Position numbers and translations under genes: made by a program. Below, piece after piece: positions 24,301-37,147 of a stretch of 64,000 nt of DNA. Below the pieces are notes generated by a model. It saw only the letters and a list, made by a program, of their open reading frames with translations. It did not search any database and was not told the DNA's origin. Source of the DNA: Podarcis tiliguerta (Eukaryota); NCBI GenBank assembly GCA_965153285.1, contig OZ229111.1; one strand, written 5' to 3'. Numbering within the stretch: position 1 is the first letter of the stretch; the number at the start of each line of letters is the position of its first letter.

Positions 24301-25084
24301 GAGGCACTTCATTAATGCTGCAGCCAGCTATGAGTGAACAGGAAGCAACTAATTAACTGCTTTAATAGAAAGGTGTTGTCAGGGATGGGGAATCCTTTTG
24401 GCCCAGCTAGCCACACTCTCATCTTTCCCCAATTCTGTGCGCCAACTTGGATAGGTGGGTGGAGCAACCCGTTTTTCAATCATCTCATAACTATGTTCCT
24501 CATGGGGAACTTGGTACCAGACAGTCTGGTAGGCCTGAGCTCACTGCCCATCACTGATGGGTAATGACTTCAACCTTGCTTTCCACAGGAATTGGCTGTA
24601 TGATCACAAACCCTGTAAGGCACTCAGTCACACAGGTGATCCAGCCCCATGTCAGGTGTGGGGGAATTAGCCTTGCGGGCCAAATGGGGGTCCATCCATC
24701 CTGATCCAAATTTGGCCAATGGGCTAGAAGCTGCTGATTACTGGATTTTCTGGATTTAGGGAGGAGAAAGTGGGGGTGAGCAATAGCTTGAGGAAAATGC
24801 TGCATAAATATAGAATAAAATGATGCACAAAAGGGGTTCACAATCCACATTCCTGTGGTGTCTTGTTAAACAAATTGGTCAGACTTTTGAATCATTACAG
24901 AAACTACAACTCATGTTTGACCAGAGAACTTAATTGGGCCAGAAAAATTCAGTGAAAATCTATCCATTGTAACTAGCCAGAAAACCTGCCTAATGCAATG
25001 TGTTAATATCACCAAAGTGATACGTTGCACTTCTCATGCAGAAAGCTGCCCAGTGCTAACAATTCCCTCCTTTTCTCCATTCAG

Positions 25085-25174
25085 GCTGACCTGGTGTATA
25101 CAATTGGAGAGAGCGCAGCACTTGGGGCCGCTGGGGTTGTGCTCTGGGGTGACCTCTCCTATTCCCAGTCACCG
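25085..25174 (+). CDS. HYAL3: Hyaluronidase-3 coding exon 2 (90 nt)
   Basis: [30 protein letters not shown]; TTCAG acceptor, CCG|GTGAGT donor; the 90-nt exon typical of HYAL genes. Confidence 0.95.
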
Positions 25175-25457
25175 GTGAGTATCTCTGCAACAATGTCCCA
25201 TCCATCTATTAATTCATGAACCGCCTTTATATGCTTCCCAATTACAACATTTCCTGAGAATACCTATAATATATTCAAATACAACCATCAACCGTGAAAC
25301 AATCATGCAGCAGATTTAAACAATTATATTAAAACTTTTATTATTTAAAGGAAATAAAAAGCTATTTACCAGGCACCAAAACAGGTGCCAGCCTCCATGG
25401 GGAAAGCGTTCAATCAGTGGGATGCCATGGCCAAGAAGGCCCTCTTCCTAGGATATA

Positions 25458-25699
25458 CAGTGGTACCTCGGGTTACATACACTTCAGGTTACATACGCTT
25501 CAGGTTACAGACTCCGCTAACCCAGAAATAGTACCTCGGGTTAAGAACTTTGCTTCAGGATGAGAACAGAAATCGTGCTGCGGCGGTGCAGTGGCAGCAG
25601 GAGGCCCCATAGGCTAAAGTGGTCCTTCAGGTTAAGAACAGTTTCAGGTTAAGAACGGACCTCCAGAACGAATTAAGTACTTAACCCGAGGTGCCACTG
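25458..25699 (+). mobile_element. Tigger/pogo-like MITE
   Basis: TIR CAGTGGTACCTCGGGTTA / TAACCCGAGGTGCCACTG, TA TSD. Confidence 0.9.
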
Positions 25700-25977
25700 T
25701 ACTTCCTAAGTTGAGAATCAGCCTGAGAGAGAAAACAGATACTCTCTTTGCCCACCTCATTGGTAGCCCAGCAGCTATTCCCCTACTTTCCAGCTTTGGT
25801 GGGGATAGGATAACTTGTTTCTCCCAGTTTTATTGATACCTTGACTAATGACCATGCTCACCTGCCCGTGTGGTTGGTTCTGCCTAAACAGAAATGGCTG
25901 GAAGCTCCCATCCCCCGTGCCGATGGGTCCAGTTCCTAGAATGTTCTGAGCTGTAATCCTAGCTTTCCATCTTCTAG

Positions 25978-26406
25978 GAGAGCTGCAGGAGCCTCAAGCA
26001 TTACATCACCACGACACTGGGCCCATACATCGCCAACGTAACCACGGCAGCGCGCATGTGCAGCCGCGAACTGTGCCACGGGCATGGACGTTGCGTGAGA
26101 CAGGACCCCAGCGAACTGGAAGCCTTCCTCCACCTGGACCCGCAGCAGTGGGAAGAGGAGTCCTCAATGACAGATTTTCCAGATCAAGACATGTTCGCTT
26201 GGGAACAATTTCAGTGTCACTGCTATCCTCAATGGACTGGAGCCTCGTGTGAGACACCGCTGTGGCTGGAGCCTGTCCTAGGACCGGAGTGTAGTCGAGC
26301 TCAACAGTATTACAATATATTTCATGCAGGGTATGTCAGCAATGTTGTTGTGAAGTCAAACATCTGTCCTCCTTCCATTTACAATGAAAAGACAGAATTC
26401 CAATAA
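25978..26406 (+). CDS. HYAL3: Hyaluronidase-3 coding exon 3 (HyalEGF-like domain plus C-terminal tail)
   Basis: CTAG acceptor at 25977; ESCRSLKHYITTTLGPYIANVTTAARMCSRELCHGHGRC...EAFLHL...FQCHCYPQWTGASC; stop TAA at 26404-26406. Confidence 0.93.
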   Translation, partial: ESCRSLKHYITTTLGPYIANVTTAARMCSRELCHGHGRCVRQDPSELEAFLHLDPQQWEEESSMTDFPDQDMFAWEQFQCHCYPQWTGASCETPLWLEPVLGPECSRAQQYYNIFHAGYVSNVVVKSNICPPSIYNEKTEFQ

Positions 26407-27219
26407 CACATCTTTGCAGATCCAGCACTTTACTCTAAGGGCAGTTTCAATGATATCTGTTCTTGACATTTCTCAACTGGGTGACTCCTCCGTTTTTCAA
26501 ACAGAGCGGGGTCTGGATGTAGACAAATAGCAGACTCACACTTTTTCCTTCTTTGATGGTGCGCTATAATTTAAAAATGATCTCAGGTGTAAGCCTAAAG
26601 TAAGGGCTTAGGCATTGCTGGGTTTTGAAACTGTAGCCAAGCACATCTAGTAAAATAAAGACACACTTGGAAACCCTAAAGAGCTGTAGCATGAGAGCAC
26701 CTTATACCTTCCGAGTTCGTATGTGATCTGGCAGGTGGAATGCTGGGAAATAGAAGCATTCACTACCACCATGAAAGTCATCCTTGCACACCCTTCCTAC
26801 ACTTGTTAGCACTACAACTTAAAGGAGACAGATGTCTGGAACTTGGTGTCATAACTACCTTTTCGTAACCACTCTCGTCTCTTTCCCCCCCCAACTTCAG
26901 TAAAAGCTATGAGAAAGCAAGTGAGTTGGAAGGCTTCTCTCATTCACTTTTCTCCCTCAGTCTGTTTTTTTAGCACACTTAGCTGAACAACTATTATGCA
27001 AGATTCGGGTTCATTTCCTCTCACCTGTGCTACTGCTACAAGGATATTGCACTTTCCCAGGTGAAACTGCAATACTTGGGTGAGCTAACTGCCTTTTATC
27101 AGACACAGGGCAGTGCTACTACCATGATGATGAATGCAGGGCAATGGGGAGATGTGTGAGTATTATGGTTACCTATTGGATAGTGTCCACGAGGCTGCTG
27201 GTCAAGAACTACCTTCCCC

Positions 27220-27340
27220 AATCTGGTGCCTCCCAAATATTTTGGACTACAACTCCCATCAGCTCCAGGCAGCATCACCAGTGGTCAAGGATGAGAACTA
27301 TAGCCAAAATATTTGGAAGGCACTAGATAGGGAAAGGCTT
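27220..27340. mobile_element. Palindromic hAT-type MITE family (GGACTACAACTCCCATC core); other copies at about 965-1070, 7605-7720, 8790-8900, 10790-10925, 13676-13790, 13880-13970, 32505-32575, 45400-45505, 51500-51632 and 54785-54890
   Basis: Recurrent 100-135 bp imperfect palindrome (CCCTCCAGATGTTTTGGACTACAACTCCCATC...GATGGGAGTTGTAGTCCAAAACATCTGGAGGG) at varying divergence. Confidence 0.75.
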
Positions 27341-29974
27341 GTCAGCAGGTGTGACACAACTCTTACCCCCTTGCATCCTTTTTTTGCTGGGGGGTGGTGG
27401 GTGGTATTAAGTCCAACTGAACTAAAGTTATTTAGATGTTGAGCCCTATTTATTGCCCCTCAAATTGGCTGTACCACCCCTAAGTATGGCCATACTCAAG
27501 TTAGCCTTTAAAAAGTGTTGTGAGCACCAACAAGTCTTCCCTCTTCCCCACCAGGACCTTGCCACAGATGGGGAAAAGACTGCTGTAAGCAAAAGGACAG
27601 TTGGCCTGCAGTGTGATACAATAGCAGCACCTCCATCAAAAGAGTAGCCCTGGAAGCATGCGCAAAGAGGACCAAGACTCATTCTCCAGCGCCTCCTGTT
27701 TAAGGTGCTACCAGGGCTGGAAATGACATCTGCCAGACACCAAGGGGAGCTACTGCCAATTAAAGTGTGGGGCGAGATGGACCAATATAAGGCAGCTACA
27801 TATGTTTATATGCTGAAGTGTGTGTTTGCCGGTATGTTAGTCTACCCTACGTGAGATCAAAACATCCTGCACAGATTCACCTAATGAGACCTGCTAGCAG
27901 AAACCCTGCCCAAGGGTTTCTGCTGGTGCTTTGGGGCTTACCCCACTCTACTCCCCCAGTTGGCTTGGGGGGGTGATGAGAACCCAGACCCATGCAGGGA
28001 GTGGGTGAGGAGAGGGAAATTGCTGTGTTGGCCAAGATGAAATGCTTGCACTGGTAGAATGATTGCCATGGTACTATGCTGAATTCTTCCCCCTGAATTT
28101 CCCAGTCCCTAGGAGGCTCTGGTCCAATTGCCTAGCTTTTGGATGCATCTGTGCTGGGCTTTTGGCTTCTTAAATACATCACGTGTTTCTTCTTTTCTGT
28201 CTCAGCAATTCCAAATATTGGTGTCACTAAATCTTAATTTCATTAAAAAATGAAAGTTAGAAGACTCAGTGGAGTCCAGCATCCTTTGCCAAACATACTT
28301 CCAATAATCCCACAAACAGAGCAAGACATCAACCCAGTTGTTTGTACTTTTGCTATCATGAGATATTCACAAGCACGTGGTAGGTTTCAATGCTGAGTTC
28401 AATTCTGCTATTATGGCTAATTCCATGAGTTAAAAAGAACCCAGTAAGATCACATCTCAGCCCAAACTGGCATTGCATCAAGAGAGAAGGGTTTCAGTGC
28501 TTCGTCCAAAACAATATATCCAACAGCTTCCAAGAATAATTATAGATACTAGCACCCCAGCTCCATTAATGCATTCTTCACAAGACAGGCCACACTCATT
28601 GTTGTCCCTTCCCTTCTAATCTTCAAGTAGCTAAAGGATGGTGTTAGAATAATGGTATGAAGATTTAATGGGCTAAAAATGGATTAAACATAACTTCAAT
28701 AAAAGCATCTTCAAAGCAATTCTTTGTGGTTCTTTAAATAACCATAAAAGCAATGTAAGTTTCGTTTTCTGCTTTATCTCCTTCCAGGATTCTTAGTTTA
28801 GGTGCTTTGGATTTTTAAATCTAAATTCTGTCTGTGAAATGCTAAATGATATCAGCATTCGACCGTGCTTGTTTTGGGGGCAAGCCCAACTTGATAGGAA
28901 CAGTCATTAGTTTAAAAGAGCATTTTCTGGTTGGTTGTGCCTGAAAGGCTACACAATATGTTTCCATATGACTGAATGGGCTTATCTGGATGTCAAAGGG
29001 TTGATCATTAACTGGGAAAATGGCAGGCTACTGTACAGCGAGATCAAGTCATACCACTCTTCTTGTTTTTGCTCTGGGACTGGGTGTTCTCCTTTTCAGA
29101 ACTGGAATTGTTCAAGGCTTTTGTAGTGTTTTGCATAATTATTGAATATCATCCACTATATAGTGTCAGCCAGCAAATTTTAAGTATCAGATAAATGGCG
29201 AGACAACAAATACGGATTCAAATATCAAAGGGCAAACTGTGAATGTATGACAGTGGGATTTTTTTATATATTTGTGGGGTACATTTGTTTTCACACTTGT
29301 TTTTGTTTGAAACAAGGAGAAAAGTTACCTGAAGACGTTTCTTCTGGTTCTAAGTAGGTAGAATCTGTACAAAATTACATATGGAAATATACAAGTTTGG
29401 CTCCCTGGGCAAAAATCTCAGTCTTGCACCGTTCACTGACTCACACTGAAGTGTACTAGTTCGGGCATTTTAAAATCGGATAAAACATTTGCAATGATGC
29501 CGCTTAGCTGCTTTCTGTTACCAATTTGGGGGGGGGGGGAGATCTCTGTTCAGGAGGGAGAATAATCTGATTTTCCATTTCGCTAACCTAAGAGCTGTGG
29601 TTGGAATGTTGGGCTAGGACCTGAGTTCAAATCCTCACTCGGCCATGAAGCTGAGTGAGGGACCATGGGCCAGTCACTCACTCTCAGCCTGATCTAATAA
29701 TATGGAGACAGGGAGAGCCAGTAACTAAATAAATAAAATAAGGGATCCGTGCTTTTCCCCTCCTCCATACTGACTCCTTCATCCTACCTTTGCTGTTCTT
29801 AGGAAACTGTTGCCTTCCTGCCACAGTTATCTGTCTCTCCCCAACGCAGTAGCCTTTCTGCATTCTGCCAGTCTGCTCTTTCTTTTCCCAGCACTCACTT
29901 AACATAAGCCCCCACTGTATCCTCTCCAGCCCCTCTGTTTGGTCTCTATCTATAGCTCCTCCTTGGGCTCCACT

Positions 29975-30030
29975 TATTCCTATTTTAAGCTTGAGCAGCT
30001 GATATGACAGGCAGAAGCCTGTGTTTACTT
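29975..30030 (+). promoter_or_regulatory. Candidate muscle-type promoter module of LSMEM2
   Basis: MEF2-like CTATTTTAAG (29980-29989), E-box CAGCTG (29996-30001), TGACAG (30005-30010) and forkhead TGTTTAC (30022-30028), about 100 bp upstream of the ATG. Confidence 0.4.
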
Positions 30031-30113
30031 CCCCATCAGGTCCCAGGGGGATCTGCACACAGGCCCCTCACAGCTTCTGCAGCAGCCACACACAGAGGAC
30101 TCTGGTTCTAGGG

Positions 30114-30135
30114 ATGTCCAGTGACACTGGAGAAG
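30114..30135 (+). CDS. LSMEM2: LSMEM2 coding exon 1 (MSSDTGE)
   Basis: gggATG, donor AAG|GTATGG, phase 1; joins 34767 in frame (E-D-T-M). Resembles the mammalian MPEETQED segment. Confidence 0.7.
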
Positions 30136-33100
30136 GTATGGTCTGGGGGTTTTGGGGGGGGGGGAGAGTTGTAGAGAGCGTGTTGAAGTAGGGTTAATCT
30201 TCTAGTCATTGAGACATGACTCTAGCACCTCTTTGGAAGGCCAAGCTGCAAAACTCGACCAGGAGATCTGATTCTCTTGCCTTTCTGGCAACAGGAGACC
30301 TGGATCTCAAGCCATGTCACGATGTTCAAAGGACAGAAGACAGCTCGTCTGTCACTGCCACCGGCACAGTGAGCAATGAGGGTGACAGCTGGAAATGAGA
30401 GAGAATTTTGGCTGCTCTCGACTTTATGTGGGTGTTGTGGGGGAATTCTTGTCAAAGGACCTGAGCTTATCCTGGCTGGTGGCTGTAGTTGGTGCAGGTC
30501 TGAGAAATTCAAAGCAGAGGTTTGAGAGCATATTGCTGTAGCTGAACAGGTTCAAAAGAATGAAACACATTGTCCATAAGAGCCTGATCCTGGCGCAGGC
30601 AAGAGGGACGAGAATTATCTAGGTGCAAGCCTATTTGGTTGTGATTTAAGCCACAACTCTCCCCATGCTTGCTAACTCTCTCAGACATGGCTGAAACAAA
30701 ATTTTAAAAAATCCCTTCCAGGTATCACCTTAGAGACCAACTTTGTTTGTTACTGGTATGAGCTTTCATGTGCATGCACACTTCTTCAGACATGGCTGAG
30801 TCACTCCTGCTGCCTTCAGTCCAAGTCATGGAAGCCTGTCATGTGCCGTCCAGTCAGAGTGACCGGCTCCTGACTCAGAGGCGGTGGCTGCTTATTGAAG
30901 AGCCCGGTGCAAGCCCCAACACTAAGCCTCCCTCATACCATTTACTCACCGCAGTCCTATTTGCTGCTTCAGGAAAGATTCCACTTTTACCCAACCATGT
31001 GGGCCTATTTACTACTATAACCTAGGGGTAGGAGTCACCCTTGTGGCGTGTTGCCTCTGTTGCTTCAGCAATAAAACCTGCTTCAGCTGTAGGACTCTGC
31101 CCACGCAGCAGAATATACAGACCACATAGGGTTTCAAAATAATACAATTGTGGTGTTTTACAAGAGGACCTGCCCTTGAGTTGCCAATAGAGGACAATAG
31201 GACCTGATTCACACAGACAATTCCTTCTCAATGCAATGCAAATTAAAGCAATTAAAAGTTGCTTCCTGCTCACTCAGCTACAGTGAAGACAGATGTCGCC
31301 CTAAAATAGTTCTTTGCGTGCCTATTCAAACACATTGTTGCATGATGATTGAAATGTTGAAAGCAAGACTGTCCTAAATTGTAGTTAGGAACAAAAGCTT
31401 TGTTCTGCTTCTTGGTACTCCTTGCATTCGACACTGTGGAAATGATACATGGGTAATATGGAACTAGCAACTGAAGGGAACATTGGAGAAAGGCCAAGGT
31501 TACATTTTAAGATCCTATTTAACTCGATTGCTGCAGGAAACATGATGGGCCCTCAAAATGTAGCTGGATAGTTAATGGACCCCATCCAGCTCTAGCTGAG
31601 CTTGATTGTATGAGAACATCACTCTCAGATGTGAATGTGTCTCCTTGTCGGAATCAGAAACATCCTCTTAAGTTCAATGAGAACCAGATGAACATTTGAA
31701 CATCAGTCAAATAAACTTGTTACAAACTACTTTTAAAAGCAAAGGAATTGGTGTTCAAAGAGAAAAATACTTCCGGAGGCTGAGTTGTAAGTTAACTGCA
31801 TAAAAAGGGCAGTTTGCAACATCCCACCAGAATCTCTCTGCACAGTCTAGCAAATATGGCAGCAAGTGGGCCCAGTTTTAACTCAAACAGTACTGCCTGG
31901 ACTGTTACCGTTTCAGGAAGGGGTAGATCACATGGCAGAAGACACATCTGTGGTGGGCCTTCCTCCACACAGAAAGCTAGTTATGTCAGTGAAAAGGAGC
32001 CCTTCTCCCTCACATCTGGTTTTACCTTTTTCATGGAGTCTTTCTGTATGGAAGCGAACAAGCACATATATGATGCATACATGCACACACACACAGGATG
32101 TGCATCATGTCACAAATGCTTTCGCTGAGATTCCTGCATAGCAAGGGGTTGGACTAGATGATTCTCAGGGTTCCTTCCATCTCTACGGTTCTATGATTCT
32201 ATGCCCCTTGCATTCAGAAGTGGTACAGCCCAGACATAGGCACTAGTTTTTTACTGCTGAGGTAAATCCAAGTCCCATTAGCTTTGAACAGTGGCAGTAT
32301 CGTAGCCAATAAGGTTAATCCAAGGCACAATTAGTACTAATTGCCAACTTTTCCCAATACCCTGCCATGACAACTTGGAAAATATATATCACAATCCAAG
32401 TCACATTGAAGTATAATCCACAGCTAAATGCTTTATATTCTTTGATTCTGACACAACCAAAGCACTATTCAGAAAATCTCCACATATAGGGATGAAGTGT
32501 CCCTCTTGCCATCACATGCCCAACTCTGACTACTGGTCCTGCTAACTAGGAATGATGGGAGATGTAGTCCAAAATTATATTTTGAATTTTCAAAATACCT
32601 GTTTTTAACTTGTCTTTTACTGACAACCTTAGAATTTTATTTTTTGTAAACCACTTAGACTAGAGGCTCTGTTTACAGCCAAGTAGTACATAAATGCTAT
32701 TAAATAAATAAATGTTCAACTGTGTGTGACCAGGCATCCCTCTGCAGATGTCTGCTTTCAACTCATGGACCTAGGGATCTGGGTTGGTGGGATGTGAGAC
32801 ATTACAGGCAAGATCAGGCAATGTAGCCTGGCTCCTCCTGCCATGCAATTATGTCTACGTGTAATAGGCTTCCAACTTTCATACGAATGCCTCCCATTTC
32901 AATCCTCAGTTCAGTTCTTATAGTCATTCACCCTGATTATAATAACCACTCCATTTTACAACCGTATTCATATTATCAATTAACATGGTTGTTTGCTCCC
33001 TAACACAATCTAAGGGCCGTGTTATAGCAATTAACATCATGTAGCAATTTGGCCCACACACAATGTTTTTATTGAAAGGACCATTCTTCTCCACTCAACC

Positions 33101-33728
33101 AAAGCATTTTCATAGTAGCCTTTTACAATTCTACAATTAACCTCTTTTATTTTGATTAATTAACATGGCATTTTCTTTGTCTAGGCACTTGCGTAGTGTA
33201 CAGCCCACCTATTTCACCTATAAAACGTGCTTAAAAATGGCAAAAAAACAAAAACAAAAAAACCCCCCCGCAAAACTAATTTCAGACATGTAATCTCAGC
33301 ACAACTAATTTTGGGTAAACATGTGGAAGTGTAAGAACTTTTCCAGTGCTGCTACTGTGCCTTTAACAGATGGTCAGCAAAGAGAAATTCCACAACTGTG
33401 GCCTTTTTATTCTGGCAGAGAATCAGAGAGAATGTCACTGTGGAATTTCTGTCTTAGCCTGTAATTAAAGGTATTTTCCCTGTCTGGGAAAAGGTGACAC
33501 TGCTGTGCTAAGTGTAATTAGGCCGAGTTGTCCTTTGTGTCCTTGAAAGATATGATCCCAAAGTGCCTGTAAATTTGAGCCATGATTTAGCTGGCAACAC
33601 TTCTGTAATCAGGGAAGCATTCCTGCTAAGGATAAGGTTGCCAGCTTAGTCCTTCCCCCCCCTGGCAGAGTGTTGTTCTTTCAGCTACTATTTAACAGGC
33701 AGTTGTTCCCTAGGCAAAGTTGTCTATA

Positions 33729-33866
33729 TCTCCGGTTGGCAGAGCATGAGACTCTTAATCTCAAGGTTGTGGATTCAAGCCCCACGTTGGGCAAAAGATT
33801 TCTGCGTTGCAATGAGCTGGACTAGAGATTATCTTCATAGTCCCTTCCAATTCTACAATTCTCTGA
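33729..33866 (+). mobile_element. tRNA-Lys-derived SINE with CR1-like tail
   Basis: Head matches tRNA-Lys(CTT) (GAGCATGAGACTCTTAATCTCA..GTGGATTCAAGCCCCACGTTGGGC), followed by a CR1-type 3' end (GGACTAGA...CCCTTCCAATTCTACAATTCT). Tail-only copy at about 32128-32203. Confidence 0.85.
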
Positions 33867-34766
33867 TAGGCTTCACCTGTTGAATGTTTACCTGTGTCAT
33901 CATTAAAGAGTTTGGGAAAGCACAAAGAAAGAAACACAAGCAAATGAATAAAAAGTCAGTAACTAGGAAGATCTATATGCAAAAGCATAAATCTGCTTCT
34001 CGAAAGGCAAGGAATGACAGCCAGGTAGCAGTAGCATCAACATATACAGCTCAGGCTCGCAGTTTCTGCAGCTTGACAAATGAGCCTCTGGGTCATATGG
34101 TATGTGTACAATCAGGCCATGGGAAGAGGCCAGTGGTTATATTAAGGTACAGGGGCTTATTACATAGGACAGCGGAGACTGTCCAGGATTCCATCCCTGC
34201 TAAAGAGGCACTGGAAATCCTGCCCCTGGATGTGCTGCTAAGCAGTTTAAATGGGGAAGGGCAGAAACACAGCAAGGTAAGTGGTGCATATTCTCTGAAG
34301 TGGCAGAATCTGAAGTATTAAAGTTGGGGGGGGGGGGCTTCAGCTGTTTCAGCCAATTGGTAATGGAAGATGGTCTCAGGCTCACAAGAACCCGAGTGGG
34401 TGGAGGATGTAAATCTTTGCTAGTTACAGTCTCCGAGGGCCTCATCTCACACAAAATGGGTAAAGGCAGAGCTGTTGCATCAAATATACCAGCAAGTGTA
34501 ACAACAGAAAGCACACGGGAGCTCTAGAAAAATGACAATTGTTAAGAGAAAAGATCACAGGGAGGGGCTTCTTTGGTATCTACCAAAAGACTTGGTGGGA
34601 TGGTGGAGAGAGTGAATGGAGACTGGAGAGTGGGGGAAGGGAGGCTCTTATCCTCCTGCACTAGCAGAGCATCAAGTCTTTTCTAGGAAAGCCTTATTCC
34701 TTACTGAAGAAAATAGCAGTGACGCACTTCCACCTCTCATACGCCAAACCACTCTTTCCTGTGCAG

Positions 34767-34907
34767 ACACCATGGCGAAGAATGCTGCTTCCTCCGATAG
34801 GGAACTCATTGAAAATGGCATGGCAGAAATAAACTTGCATGCGGTAGAGTCCATCAGTGACCTGCATTATGCATCCGGCGGGCGTGAGAGTGCCAGGGTC
34901 TCAGAAG
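34767..34907 (+). CDS. LSMEM2: LSMEM2 coding exon 2
   Basis: Contains EINLHAVESISDLH (LSMEM family motif); TGCAG acceptor, AAG|GTATGT donor, phase 1/1. Confidence 0.9.
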
Positions 34908-35481
34908 GTATGTAGTAACCAGCACCCCGAGTTGAACTCAAGCAACCTCACAAGTGCCCAGAGTAACTAAACAGCAGTTCAGCAGTAGGAAGAAGACCCC
35001 ATGAGCTTTCCCCATGAAAACAGGACACTGTGAGCTGAGCTGGCGCTGGGCTATTTCATGGGCTAATATGGGTGGGAAAACTTCTTCAGCCCAAAGGCCA
35101 CATTTCCTCATGGGCAACCAGCAGGTGGTGAGCAGGGTGAGACTGGCAGAGGCAGAAGTGGGCAGAGCAATGGATGCAACTCTAACCTGTGTAAAGCAGG
35201 CTATATTCCAGTCTTGCAGAAGTCAGAGATTTCAACACCTCCTCTCACACACCTCTCTGTCCTTTGATCCAGGTAAGCAAGGCATTGCCAACAGTTCAAG
35301 GACACAAGATAAAAGAACTTGAGGGACCAATGAGGGCTGTGGCCTGGGGAAAGCCCCGTGTCAGCCAGAGGTCTAAGGGGGCAGTTTGAAGCCCTAGACA
35401 TGAGCCCCCCCCCAGCCTAATATAAATCAACAGTGGCTGCTTCTCCACTCCTGCTCATTCCTCCCCCCCCTTCTTTTCCAG

Positions 35482-35721
35482 GGGGCAGCCCATCTCAGCC
35501 CAACAGCCCATGGACTCCTCACAGCACTTCCTCCAAACATTTCACTTTCCCAAACGAAGAGGACACGTCCTTTCTACCTGTCCAGAATCTCCATCTCCTC
35601 CCTGCGTTCACCTGCTGCCCTTGCTTCAGTCCGACATGTTGCCCTGCAAGCTTCTTTGCTCTCCTCGGGGTGCTCGTGGTGGCCAGCCTCGGCCTAGCCA
35701 CACTGGCCGTGTATCTGAGTG
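35482..35721 (+). CDS. LSMEM2: LSMEM2 coding exon 3 (Cys cluster plus transmembrane helix)
   Basis: TTCCAG acceptor; FFALLGVLVVASLGLATLAVYLS TM segment; donor GTG|GTAGGT; 240 nt. Confidence 0.9.
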
Positions 35722-37013
35722 GTAGGTTCGGGGTCTGGTGGGCCGTTCTTGACAATAAGGAGCTCCACCATGGGGGCCAGGGATGAGGGTGGCTCTGTGG
35801 GACCCAAGTACTTCCATCAGGCCAGTCCCAGGTCAGTGACCGTATGCAAGATGAAATGTGGGTGGTAGGAAACTGATGCCCCATAGTGGTTCTTCTGGGC
35901 AATGCAGGAGAAAGTACCATAAAACAGGTAAGTTATTTGGGCATCCACTAAAAAACATAGGCTTAAAACAGTAGCTCAAACGGCACCCCATTCTGTGGAA
36001 TGCACAGCACTTTCTGTCAAACTTCCAAATGCATATATACACCACAGATCCTGAGCCATTACTTTGTGGGGTACAGAATCCAGCCTGTTCCCCTTGGGCA
36101 CTTGAATTCCCACCCATCCACTTCTAAGGATGCAACTGTTGTAAACTTATTGTCCTCACATCCAGCCTTCCAGGAAGCTATACCTCAGCTTACATTTTGT
36201 GAAGGGTCTGCCAGATATGACCTAAGGACATGCTAAAAAGCAGTATCCCCACACTGAAACGGATTATGCCGAAATCCAATGTGAAGTACTCTTGACCAAT
36301 GCAATAGGAAGTTTTTCCAAACCACCCTTTAGTTAGCAGAGGGCTGCTGCCCCTCAGCTAGTGGGCCTTAGAATTTGCAGGGGGTTGGACGAGAGGACTC
36401 TTGGGGTCCCTTGATGGCACCACAATTGACCATGTAGTCCAGCCCTCGGCTTATGCAGGAAAACCACTACAGCATCCCTACAAAGTGGCTGTTCAGCCCT
36501 TGCTTTGATGAAGGAGTCTGTCACCAGAATTATTTATTAAATTTATATATCACCCTTCATCTGAGGATATTAGGGCCATTTACAGATCGCCTGAACGGGA
36601 AGTATGGTATTGAGTTATTGAGGTCCAATAATAATATAAGCCAAGGTATGTAATCTCCAGCATTAGGATTGTCCTCTATGGCCTCTGGATTTGGGGGAAT
36701 CCTCTCTATGTAATGGGGTCCCTCAAACTCAACCAGAAAACGAGTTTGCTCCCTCACCGCTCTGGTGACGGCTCCCATAGTGCTGCTTCATCAACATTCT
36801 GTCTGTAAAATATTTCAGACAATTTATATTGGCAGAAGAGCTCCTCAGTTCGCTCTTAGCAAGGCAACGTACGAGTCTGATATGCCTGGTGGTAAGCTGC
36901 TCTTGAGAATGAGTGTCAAAATGGTGAAAGCTACAGTGCCTGCGATACATTTCTTCAAAAAGTAAAACGGAGAGGCTGTTTAGTCACGTGGTTTCTGCTT
37001 CTCCTCTCTGCAG

Positions 37014-37147
37014 TCTTGCAGCGTGAGTCACTACGTGTCCTTGCCCAGTGGCTGGAGTCCCAGGAGGAGGCCATCCGAGAAATGAGAGCTGTGAGCTTAC
37101 AGCTATGGAGGCAGCTAAATGCCAGCGATTCAGGATTTCAAACCTGA
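37014..37147 (+). CDS. LSMEM2: LSMEM2 coding exon 4
   Basis: CTGCAG acceptor; VLQRESLRVLAQWLESQEEAIREMRAVSLQLWRQLNASDSGFQT*, similar to mammalian VLQSESLRILAH..QEE. Confidence 0.9.

Noticed and set aside
24109-24337. Poly-X ORFs
   Set aside because: Artefacts of the N gap.
33729-33795. tRNA-Lys(CTT) gene (also 51058-51135)
   Set aside because: Stems and boxes are mutated and both are fused to a CR1-like tail, so they are SINE heads rather than functional tRNAs.
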